This document shows positions 19,113 through 28,209 of a stretch of DNA of 64,000 bases, piece after piece. Numbering within the stretch: position 1 is the first letter of the stretch; the number at the start of each line of letters is the position of its first letter. A program made the translations under genes and the position numbers. Origin of the DNA: Chthoniobacteraceae bacterium (GTDB lineage: Bacteria; Verrucomicrobiota; Verrucomicrobiia; Chthoniobacterales; Chthoniobacteraceae); NCBI GenBank assembly GCA_037190965.1, contig JBBCKI010000024.1:1-64000 (forward strand). Reading direction: 5' to 3'. The notes under the pieces are model-generated. The model was not told the DNA's origin and ran no database searches. It worked only from the letters and a program-made list of their open reading frames with translations.

Positions 19113-20900
19113 CTAGCGCGAGGCGCGGCGGCGGCGAAGGGCCGCACCGAGAAGAGTCAATCCCCCGAAGACCAAAGCAAAGGTTCCGGGCTCTGGAACT
19201 GCGGTGTAGACCAGGTCAAGATTGTTGCCGTTGCGCACCATGCTGAACGATCCGGCGATGGCATTCTGGAATCCAGAGGTGTCGAACAAAAAGAGGTCGG
19301 TGTTGAACGCCCCGGTAAAGCCGCTTGTTGTTGTGATGACGGAGCTCCAGGTATGATCGGCGAGAGAGTTCCATGAACCGAAAGCTCCCGCTGTAGAGCC
19401 ATTCAACGTAGTCAACTGGATTGTCACCGGGCTTAGCTCACTCAAGCCGGAAATGTTTAACGCCCCGGTGATTGCAATCTGGTCCCAGTTGACTCCCGCC
19501 GTACCGCTGCCGCCCGAATTCAGGTCGATGCTGAAGATGGATCCTCCCTGAAGAGCGGTAGCTCCTAGGCTCAGTACGCCAATGGGAGTCCCTCCATCAC
19601 GGTCACCGGCCGAGAGACGCCCGCCGGTTTGCACCGAGACCGAACCACGCACGTTTCCTTTCCCCGCCAAGGTTGCGCCAGACTGAACCGTCACCGCGCT
19701 TCCCGCGGCCAGTTCCCCGTTGACGGTTAGCTTTCCGCCGGAAACCGTGGTGGTGCCGGTGTACGTGTTGGTGCCGTTTAGAACAAGAGTGCCGGTGCCC
19801 GACTTGGCAAGGCTAAAGGCTTGGTTATTCGTGGCATGATTCTGGATGCTGCCGCTATAGCTGCTATACACCGCACTATTCACCGTCAGAGTCCTGCTCT
19901 GATTAACGTGACCGATAATCACCCCGCCTGCACCGTTTAGGGCGCTGACCGTCTGGTTATTGTAAAGCGTCAAGGTCCCGCTGCTGATCGTAAGCGGCCC
20001 CGAACCGAGATTTCCGGTTGATTGAACCAAAAGAACGCCTTTTTCCAAAGTGGTCCCCCCGGTGTAGGTGTTGTAACCGGTCAATGTATAGACACTCGTG
20101 GCGGCGGTGTCGTAGACCAAACTGCCGCTGCCGATCATAGTGCCTGCATAGGTTCCCGAACCGGTGCTATTGGTCATGACCAGATCTATTGCATTCCCGC
20201 TGACATCTTCGAGCTTCACATTTCCGCTTCCAAGCCTGCCGATATGGAAAGTTCCGATTCCCTCGCCAAAGGCCAGGCCATCGGCGACACCGACTGTTAT
20301 CTGCATGTTCGCTGCATAGGAATGATTAAGCTGAACAACGCCGTTATTGATTGCCAGTATGTTTGCGGGGGTGACAGACGCGGACGATCCGGAGAGGGTC
20401 AATCGCCCCGTGCCCGACTTTGTGAGGCCATAACTGGCGGTCGTAGCCCGGGCTGAAAGATTCCCAGCCATCGCAATATTTCCATTGGCTGCATCGACAA
20501 CAACAATGCCTCCGAGGACGATGTCGTTATTGATCGTCTGAAGATTCGTGCTGTTGTTTGCGATGGTGCCGCTTACCCGGATGCGGTTTCCGCCGAGTAC
20601 GAAGGCCCCCGCCCCCGAGTCAAAGATCAAAGAGCTGAACTCCGTGCCAGTGGCGCCGTTTTGACCGGCTGCCGTGAAATCATTGGTATTCGAGAGCCCG
20701 CTGGCTCCCGTGAAGATAAGCACATCGCCCGCGGCTGCGGCTCCCGTCCAGTTCGACGATAGGTTCCAGTTGTAAGGGGAGGTTCCCGACCCAGCAGTCC
20801 AGGTCCGCGTCGCGGCATGAGCGCTGACTTGCGACGCCGAGATGGCGGCAAGAGCGGCGAACAGAACCGAATTCGAAAGGGGGCGGGGAAGCTTTTTCAT
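19113..20900 (-). CDS. Autotransporter-associated beta-strand repeat protein with PEP-CTERM
   Basis: Repeats LTKSGTGRLTLSG and LAKSGTGTLVLNGTNTYTGTTTVSGG; C-terminal VPEP-TM-RRRR. Confidence 0.92.
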   Translation of the reverse strand: MKKLPRPLSNSVLFAALAAISASQVSAHAATRTWTAGSGTSPYNWNLSSNWTGAAAAGDVLIFTGASGLSNTNDFTAAGQNGATGTEFSSLIFDSGAGAFVLGGNRIRVSGTIANNSTNLQTINNDIVLGGIVVVDAANGNIAMAGNLSARATTASYGLTKSGTGRLTLSGSSASVTPANILAINNGVVQLNHSYAANMQITVGVADGLAFGEGIGTFHIGRLGSGNVKLEDVSGNAIDLVMTNSTGSGTYAGTMIGSGSLVYDTAATSVYTLTGYNTYTGGTTLEKGVLLVQSTGNLGSGPLTISSGTLTLYNNQTVSALNGAGGVIIGHVNQSRTLTVNSAVYSSYSGSIQNHATNNQAFSLAKSGTGTLVLNGTNTYTGTTTVSGGKLTVNGELAAGSAVTVQSGATLAGKGNVRGSVSVQTGGRLSAGDRDGGTPIGVLSLGATALQGGSIFSIDLNSGGSGTAGVNWDQIAITGALNISGLSELSPVTIQLTTLNGSTAGAFGSWNSLADHTWSSVITTTSGFTGAFNTDLFLFDTSGFQNAIAGSFSMVRNGNNLDLVYTAVPEPGTFALVFGGLTLLGAALRRRRASR

Positions 20901-21174
20901 AAGGAGAGCTGGTTTTAAGGGGAAGCGAAGAAGGTCTCGTCTCGAATTGCAAGTTACGATATTGAGTTAGAATGGGTTTGTCAAGGGTGATTTCAGTAAA
21001 TGTAACTCACAAAATACTCAAACAGGAAATCTGATCTGAGGTTCGTCCCTCACGATTGCCGGAGATTAGCCTTTTAAGGAAGGAAGAACACCTGGTAATC
21101 GGCAAGATTTCTTGATCTGGGAGTTCTGTTTTTAGTAGACAAATATCGGATAGTCATGCATTTTTAGTGGAAAT

Positions 21175-22188
21175 ATGGCGACACTCAAAGACATCGCTGA
21201 AATGGTCGGAATCTCCGTTTCAGCCGCTTCCCTTGCGATCCGAGACCACGACTCGATCAGCGAAGAGACCAAGCGCCGCGTTTGGGGGGCTCAAAAGAAA
21301 CTGGGGTACCAACCAAACCTTGCCCGCCGCTCTCGCCCTCGGAACTCCGAAGCCGCGGCGCAATCGACGACGGACATCGCCTTTGTGCTTTCAGACCGCG
21401 GCTTCAGTGACATGCTCTATGCCCGCAAATTCCAGGCCGTCACCAAGCTTTCGGTGGGGCATCAGTTCCGGCCAATCTATGTCTCCGTAAAACTGGCGGA
21501 TTTGCATGAGGGAAATTTCCCTTCGCTTTTGACGGACTCCGGCATCAAGGGGATCATCGTTTCGGGCAATTACGATGAGAAGGCGCATCAGCAATTGCGC
21601 CGCCTGAAAGTCCCCATTGTGGTGTCGGGAAATTATTCGTTGGGCAATGAATCGTGGTCCGCTTGCGAGATCGACATCGCACAGGGGATTCGCCTCATGA
21701 CGGACCGGATGATCGAGTTGGGGCACCGAAGAATCGCCCTATTGGTGCGGTCTCCCGGCTCCCACTATGCCTACGATCTTGAATGCGCTTACCGCAGGCA
21801 CGCGGAGATGACCAAAATCGAAGGAGGCGCCCTTGTTCTAAGGGAGGATAGCGCCCATATTCAGACGCAACTTGATGCACTACTGCAGCAACCAGACCGC
21901 CCGACGGCTCTGGTTCTTTCGACCGATGGCCTTGCTCTGGAGGTGTTCGACGCTGCAGACCGGCTCGGTTTGAAGATCCCCCGCGATCTCAGTATTACGG
22001 CCTTCGAAAGTGGCTACCATAGTCTGAGACCCCCTCTCTCCGTGGTCAGTGTTGACTCTAATGACATTGGGCGTGTCACCCTCCGGAAGCTGATCAGCCA
22101 GATGCAGGATCCCGAATGCTTGCTCACCCGCGAAGTCGTTGGGATGCGTTTCTCTCCGGGAGGTTCGATTGCGCCTCCGGTGCACTGA
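21175..22188 (+). CDS. LacI family transcriptional regulator
   Basis: MATLKDIAEMVGISVSAASLA HTH; GLKIPRDLSI. Confidence 0.93.
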   Translation: MATLKDIAEMVGISVSAASLAIRDHDSISEETKRRVWGAQKKLGYQPNLARRSRPRNSEAAAQSTTDIAFVLSDRGFSDMLYARKFQAVTKLSVGHQFRPIYVSVKLADLHEGNFPSLLTDSGIKGIIVSGNYDEKAHQQLRRLKVPIVVSGNYSLGNESWSACEIDIAQGIRLMTDRMIELGHRRIALLVRSPGSHYAYDLECAYRRHAEMTKIEGGALVLREDSAHIQTQLDALLQQPDRPTALVLSTDGLALEVFDAADRLGLKIPRDLSITAFESGYHSLRPPLSVVSVDSNDIGRVTLRKLISQMQDPECLLTREVVGMRFSPGGSIAPPVH

Positions 22189-22273
22189 TCATCGCTCCTC
22201 GTTTCCTGGTTTTCTGGCCCCCGGTTAATAGCCGGAAGCCTCGTCGTTTTTCACCCCCCAGTGCAGAATTATC

Positions 22274-24613
22274 ATGGAATATGATCTGAAGAATCTTACA
22301 CTTCGCCGCCTCGAAGATCAGGAAGAGGCAGGGTTATGGATCACATCCCTCCCCTGGCCGCGAAGCCCCCTGAGAAATCTTTCCCTCAACGGTCATCAAA
22401 CCGGCATTCTTCCACTCGGGCAATGGCCCGGGAGCGAGAACCCTCGCCGTCTCTTGATGATCGCTGATGGGCGCAATGCTGCTCCCGAGACGCTATCCAT
22501 TAGCGACGACGTGCTGCCCTCCTTCGGAATGCCGGAGTTACCGACGGCTACCATGGAGCTTTTCGAAAGAAGCACTCCCGATTGCTACGCCTGGGAGCGG
22601 CACCTGTTGCGGCTCCGCCAAGGGAGCCGTTCCATCGAAATGGCGCTCGGCCTGCGGACGAAGGGGAAAGTTCACTGGTGGGAAGCCTGTCGACTGGTTG
22701 TTCTGAGGGAGACCGAAGATTTCGTGGAGATTGAGATGGGCGGAGCCATTCCCCACCGCATCATGACAGCGGAGGAGATGAGGAGATATATCGGTTTTGA
22801 AAATCCCTACCTCCATAAGCACAACTGGCTCAACGGCCACCTCTATGCCCGTCTCCACCGGAATGGCGTTTGCGAGATCTATATCCATCACATTAACGCC
22901 AAGTGCTTTGATGATGGGCTCGACCTCGAAGACGTCGTGCCTGTCATCGGTTTCAGAACTGGGGAGGGCGACTCGCCTTTCTGCCCCTGGGATGGCACCC
23001 TGCCCGATCTTGTCATCAACGACGTCCGGTTCGACCTGAGTGAGGCCACCTCCCTTGCGACAACCAATCAACCGGGTGCTCTGGGGCGGCGGAGCGGCTT
23101 CGTCGTCTGGCAGCCCTATACAGGGGTGGAGCTCTATGGTGGCGCGTATCCGGAGGGAACCACGGGAGACCCCTTCATTTTTCATGCGGAAAAAAGGACA
23201 TTTCCGCGCGGGATGGCGCGTACCGTCCGCTTTTCGCTGAGCCTTTCCGACCGCTCGCCGCGCATCGTCCGCTATATCGCGCCTGCATGGTGGTTCGGGG
23301 TGTGCGAGGAGTTTCTGCCGGAGCCGCTCTTGCCAGTGGAATCGATCCATGAACCGGCCATCCAGAAATCTCGCCAATGGGCGAAGGAGATTGCTTTGAA
23401 AGGAGGCTTCGAGGACGGTGCCATCCCACGGCATGCGCTCTTCCAGAAGGAAGTGAAGGGACGCCTTCGCAATGAAGCGGGATGGGAAGGCGATCTCATC
23501 TACGCGCTCTTCCATTCCGCATGGAAGACTTCCGCTCCCGATGACTATTTGTTGGCGCTGCGGTCTGCCTATTACTTTACCGACGTTTCCGTCGATCATG
23601 CCGCCAAGCTCGTACGGATGCATGGCTACCCTCCGCACTCCTTCTCGCTTCCGAGCGGCCGGATGCAGGGAACCCTTGCGGCCTACCTCGAAACAGGTGA
23701 CCCGTATTTGTTTGAAACGGCGGAGTCGGTGACGATCAGTTCACATTGGCTCTCCCAAAACTCCTGGCCGCGAATGGCGGTGGGACGTGACTCCTGCTAT
23801 CTTCGGGGAGCCGTCCTCCTCTATCGTTATTTTGGCGATGAATTTTATCGCAAAATGGCCCTGGAAGGGGCGCGGAACGTCATCGAATCCCAACGCCCGA
23901 ACGGAAGCTTTGGGGATCAGGGCGGAGGCACCGGCATTCATCAATGGGGTGGGTACATCACTAAGCCCTGGATGGGGCTTTTGGCCTTGAACCCGGTGCT
24001 TGATTACCTGGAGTTGTTCCCCGAGGAGACCTTTCTGGAGGAAGGCGTCAGGCGTTTCGCCGATTGGCTGATGGCGGAGCGTTGGCTTCATCACGGCGTC
24101 ATGACCTGGTCCTACCAGCATGATTATAATGGGACCCGCACCTTTTACGATCCGGCCACCGGAAAAACCCTCGACTTGCCCACAGCCGATGGCTGGCACC
24201 AGGAGACCCTCGCGCGGCTTCTGGGCTACGCCAGCATTCGGTTTAATGATGCAAAGTATCTTAACGCCTGGGCAGAAAGTTTCGGCACTCAAACCATCTT
24301 TACCTTTGACCACTGCATCGCCGCCGACCTTCAGTTTCACCCCTGGCTGCAAGCCAAACTTTGGAATGCCACGCTGATCGACGGAAACCTGGTGATCGCG
24401 CCAGTTTATTTCGGCTTCAGGACCCCTGCCGAGGCGAGGATCGATACGCCCTCCGGCTGGATCTCCGTGGGCTGGGGCCAGGACGGTAAAGTGATTGCAC
24501 CCAATGCGCTCGCCGTGGCAGGCGTCACCCGGCTGGCCGGTTCCTGCGGTCAGCAACCCGAGCTTGCGAAAGAACTCGCCAGTGTTGGAGCCCCGCACCT
24601 CCTCAGCGTCTAG
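22274..24613 (+). CDS. Hypothetical protein with alpha/alpha-toroid (lyase/glycosidase-like) C-terminal half
   Basis: 779-aa ORF with helical repeats such as YLETGDPYL and LLYRYFGDEFY. Confidence 0.55.
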   Translation: MEYDLKNLTLRRLEDQEEAGLWITSLPWPRSPLRNLSLNGHQTGILPLGQWPGSENPRRLLMIADGRNAAPETLSISDDVLPSFGMPELPTATMELFERSTPDCYAWERHLLRLRQGSRSIEMALGLRTKGKVHWWEACRLVVLRETEDFVEIEMGGAIPHRIMTAEEMRRYIGFENPYLHKHNWLNGHLYARLHRNGVCEIYIHHINAKCFDDGLDLEDVVPVIGFRTGEGDSPFCPWDGTLPDLVINDVRFDLSEATSLATTNQPGALGRRSGFVVWQPYTGVELYGGAYPEGTTGDPFIFHAEKRTFPRGMARTVRFSLSLSDRSPRIVRYIAPAWWFGVCEEFLPEPLLPVESIHEPAIQKSRQWAKEIALKGGFEDGAIPRHALFQKEVKGRLRNEAGWEGDLIYALFHSAWKTSAPDDYLLALRSAYYFTDVSVDHAAKLVRMHGYPPHSFSLPSGRMQGTLAAYLETGDPYLFETAESVTISSHWLSQNSWPRMAVGRDSCYLRGAVLLYRYFGDEFYRKMALEGARNVIESQRPNGSFGDQGGGTGIHQWGGYITKPWMGLLALNPVLDYLELFPEETFLEEGVRRFADWLMAERWLHHGVMTWSYQHDYNGTRTFYDPATGKTLDLPTADGWHQETLARLLGYASIRFNDAKYLNAWAESFGTQTIFTFDHCIAADLQFHPWLQAKLWNATLIDGNLVIAPVYFGFRTPAEARIDTPSGWISVGWGQDGKVIAPNALAVAGVTRLAGSCGQQPELAKELASVGAPHLLSV

Positions 24614-24626
24614 TCCCTAGCTCCTC

Positions 24627-26960
24627 ATGAATCGTATTTCCATATTCTGCCTGCTTGCCATTCTCAATCCTGCATCCTGCTTGCTGGCCGAGCTAACGTG
24701 GGACAGGAAACACCTCGAGCAGGCATTGATCTATGTGTCTGCTGCCCCGCAGCAGGATAAGAAAAGGCCCGTCGCTAGGATGGAGCACCCCTACCTGCAT
24801 AAGGCGGCCGAAGATCTAAAAGATTATCTGCGAAAGATGACGGGCGTCGAGGTTCCCATCGTGGAGGTCGATCGTGCCGCCAGTATTCCAAACGGCAGAC
24901 CGGCTTTCATTCTCGGCCCGCTGGCCGTCGAACTGGGGGCTCAGCCGCCTGCGACCCTTTTTCACGAGGATGGCTACATTATCGTTACCAGGAACAATCA
25001 ACTCCTCTTGGCAGGCGAAGACGCGCCCGGCACGGCCTACGCCGTGGCGGATTTCCTTCATCAACAGGGCGTGCGCTGGTACATGCCGGGCCCTTACGGA
25101 GAAGAAGCGCCAAAAAGAGATCATCTCACCCTTCCTGAGACGCCGATCAAAGGCGCTCCCTCCTATGAAGACCGCGTTCTTTGGTATAATGGGGGCAAGG
25201 CCAACAAGTTCCCTCCCAATGCGGAGGGGATGTTTGGGGACTGGCTGCGGCGTAATCGCATCGCCATCTCCATGCGATTGCCCGCCGGCCATATGTGGAA
25301 CAACATTTTCCGCGCAGTGGGGCCAGGTAAGAACGCCGGAGAAAACCGCAAGGAGTTCTTCAAGAACCACCCGGAGTATTTCGGGATCGTTAACGGCGTC
25401 CCGGCGATCGGCCAGTTGAACTTGGGCAGCGATGCGGTCGTGGATCTCTTCGTGAACTATTACAAGTCGCTCTTGAAAGAGGCGCCCCGGGACATTCAGC
25501 GGGTTTTCTCCATCTCGCCCGATGACGGAGTGATCCTCAACGAAAATCCGGAAAGCAAACCGTTCATTACCCGGCGCGACCTGACGTTCTCCAACCTCCC
25601 GGATTCGACCGATCTCGTCATCCAGTTTCTCAACCGGGTCGTGACGCGGCTCAATGAAGAGTATCCCAATGTAAAGCTCGCCTTCTACATTTACTCCAAC
25701 TACCAGAACGGCCCCACGAGCGTGAAGATGAACGCGAACCTCATTCCATTCATCGCACCGCTCAACTTCAGCCGCTACCACGCGCTCAATGACGCCACCA
25801 AACCAAGCCGCACCATGCTCGCGAGTATCGTGAAGCGCTGGCATGCCAGTGGAGCGACTTTCGGTTGGCGCGATTATTCATTCCTGTGCCCCGATGCGTT
25901 GATGCCGTTCACACGCATGCATATGACGCCGCGGGAACTCCCATGGCTCTACGAACGTGGCTGCCGCTACTACAATACGGAGACGACGATAAACTGGCCC
26001 AACCTGCTGCCGGAATACTACCTCATCACCCGCATTCTATGGGATGTGAAAGTCGATCAATCTTCGATCATCCAGGAGTTCTACGCGCGCTTCTTCGGCG
26101 CGGCAGGCGATTCGATGAAGGCGTATATCGACGAGCTTTCCCAGGCTTACGATAGCCTCCCATTCGCATCCGGGAACAAAGAATTCGTCGACTCCGTCTT
26201 CACCTCGGAGCGATCCGCAAAACTGCGGGGCTTGATGGAGAAGGCGAAGGCTGCCGTGGCAGGCGACGACATTCGCATTCACCGCGTCAAGATCATGGAA
26301 ACCGCGCTGAACCAAAGCGAGCGTTTCATGCAAATGCGCGCGGCAGTTAATGCCTTTGACTATGAAAAGGCGCAGCAGATCAATCTTTCCATCCACCAGG
26401 CCTTCCTCGACGATCAAGCTTTCGATCCCCATACCAATAACCAATTCGTCAAGGATGTCTGGTATGAGCGCTTCTACGGGAAGCACGTTGGGCAGGTGGC
26501 GGAATGGCTCAACGATGCGGAAGTGGTGCACCTCTTCGCGGACGAATGGCCCGCTCATTTCGACCTGACCTCCACGGGAGAACTCGAAGGGCTTTCCAAT
26601 CCGGCCACGACAGCTTTCGCCTTTCACAAGCTGAAGACCTGGTCCCGTTCGCTCGCCGAACAGGGTTGGGAGAAATTCCGGGGAGATCTCTGGTACCGCC
26701 AGACTTTCCCTGCCATCAAAGTCCCCGAGGGGAAGAAGTTGTATCTTGTTTTTGGGGGCGTCGCCAGTGACCTGAAGGCCTGGATCGACGGCGAAGCGGT
26801 CGGGGAGGCGAAGACCCGCGACGCCGGTCCTCTTCTTTTGCCGTTGGAGGCTCTCAAGAACCAGGACACCCACACCCTGACCTTGAAGATATCCAACCGT
26901 ACTATCGCCGAACTGGGCGTCGGCGGGCTCATACGCCCTGTCGCACTCGTGATAAAATAA
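24627..26960 (+). CDS. Secreted DUF4838 protein with C-terminal galactose-binding-like (GH2-N-type) domain
   Basis: Signal peptide, GVRWYMPG, SISPDDG; C-terminal GDLWYRQTF...LVFGGV...GGLIRPVAL. Confidence 0.75.
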   Translation: MNRISIFCLLAILNPASCLLAELTWDRKHLEQALIYVSAAPQQDKKRPVARMEHPYLHKAAEDLKDYLRKMTGVEVPIVEVDRAASIPNGRPAFILGPLAVELGAQPPATLFHEDGYIIVTRNNQLLLAGEDAPGTAYAVADFLHQQGVRWYMPGPYGEEAPKRDHLTLPETPIKGAPSYEDRVLWYNGGKANKFPPNAEGMFGDWLRRNRIAISMRLPAGHMWNNIFRAVGPGKNAGENRKEFFKNHPEYFGIVNGVPAIGQLNLGSDAVVDLFVNYYKSLLKEAPRDIQRVFSISPDDGVILNENPESKPFITRRDLTFSNLPDSTDLVIQFLNRVVTRLNEEYPNVKLAFYIYSNYQNGPTSVKMNANLIPFIAPLNFSRYHALNDATKPSRTMLASIVKRWHASGATFGWRDYSFLCPDALMPFTRMHMTPRELPWLYERGCRYYNTETTINWPNLLPEYYLITRILWDVKVDQSSIIQEFYARFFGAAGDSMKAYIDELSQAYDSLPFASGNKEFVDSVFTSERSAKLRGLMEKAKAAVAGDDIRIHRVKIMETALNQSERFMQMRAAVNAFDYEKAQQINLSIHQAFLDDQAFDPHTNNQFVKDVWYERFYGKHVGQVAEWLNDAEVVHLFADEWPAHFDLTSTGELEGLSNPATTAFAFHKLKTWSRSLAEQGWEKFRGDLWYRQTFPAIKVPEGKKLYLVFGGVASDLKAWIDGEAVGEAKTRDAGPLLLPLEALKNQDTHTLTLKISNRTIAELGVGGLIRPVALVIK

Positions 26961-26981
26961 AGCTCCTCTCCGGCCTGGGGT

Positions 26982-28091
26982 TCATCCCTCCGGGTCCACG
27001 AACTTTCCGCGCCAATAGAGTTCGTGTTTGGGTTTGGTTCTCCCGGTTTGGATAATTTCCAGCAACTTCTCGCACGCCCGTCGCGCCAGATTCATTGGTT
27101 CGTAGTCGAAAAAGCAAATCTTGCTGGCATCAGGCGAATTGGGGCGGGCTTGAATGGCGACGACAAAGAGGTCTTTCGGAACCCGGATTTCCTGTTGGGA
27201 GAGGAAGCGCATCACCTCGGGGAGGTGCTCTTCTCCTTGCAGGATGATGGCGGTTGGCCGGTGTTTTTTGAGTGCCCTGCGGAGCGCGGTAACAAGACCG
27301 TAGGCCGTGTTATCATACCTCTCCACAAGGATTTCGTCGGGACGTTTCTGTAGCGCGAGGTGGCCCTCCTCGTAGCCTCCCAGCACCTCCTGCGTGAAAC
27401 GGGTATCCCCCTTCCACACAAAGCTGCAGAACCGGCGATGGCCCTTGCGGTCGAGATGCAATACGACCTCGCGGTAGATCCGCCGGAAATCAACGGCGAC
27501 GGAAGGAAGGTCTGCGTCTCCCCAGATATAGCCGCATGAGAGGGCAGGGACTCCCCGTTGTGCGAGATCCCATTGTAATTCATGGTGCGCCGAAACGCAG
27601 ATGTAGCCGCTCACGCTCCCATGTCGCAGCCATTCCGGATACACGGGATAAACTTGGTGCGCCTCATCTTTTTTAGAAACACTCAGGCTGATCGAATATT
27701 TTTCCTGCGAAAGCGCGCTGTTACAGCCGAGCAAGAGCTCCGTGAGCTTGGGGTCGGAAAGATACGTGGCGCTGCTGCAGATAAAACCGATCTGGCGACC
27801 GCCGGGAGAGTCGCTTTCGGGTTTTTCATGAGATCCGATCGGCGGATTCTGAATGCATGTTCCCTTGCCGGGGCGGGAGGCAATCCATCCTTGCTCGGAG
27901 AGGATCTTCAGCGCGTTACGGATGGTCTGCCGTGAGACGTTATGTAGAAGGCAAAGCTCTCTCTCAGACGGGAGCATCTGCCCGTTGGCGTATTCCCCGG
28001 ATCTGATTTTTTTACGGAACTCATCGACCAGCTTTCGGTAGATCGGCTGGAATGCGCCCTCGCTTTTTCGGGAGGCTGAGCGATCAACCAT
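26982..28091 (-). CDS. GntR-HTH / periplasmic-binding-like domain regulator
   Basis: LPSERELCLLHNVSRQTIRNAL...PGKGT. Confidence 0.88.
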   Translation of the reverse strand: MVDRSASRKSEGAFQPIYRKLVDEFRKKIRSGEYANGQMLPSERELCLLHNVSRQTIRNALKILSEQGWIASRPGKGTCIQNPPIGSHEKPESDSPGGRQIGFICSSATYLSDPKLTELLLGCNSALSQEKYSISLSVSKKDEAHQVYPVYPEWLRHGSVSGYICVSAHHELQWDLAQRGVPALSCGYIWGDADLPSVAVDFRRIYREVVLHLDRKGHRRFCSFVWKGDTRFTQEVLGGYEEGHLALQKRPDEILVERYDNTAYGLVTALRRALKKHRPTAIILQGEEHLPEVMRFLSQQEIRVPKDLFVVAIQARPNSPDASKICFFDYEPMNLARRACEKLLEIIQTGRTKPKHELYWRGKFVDPEG

Positions 28092-28209
28092 AAATAATTC
28101 GTAGCATGTTTTTCAGAAACTCCGGCGAATACGCTGCTCACGCAGCGATTTCCGCCAAAGATACCGAGCCTGCTGAACCATGGCAATCGAGAGATGCCGG
28201 GCTGGGAAA

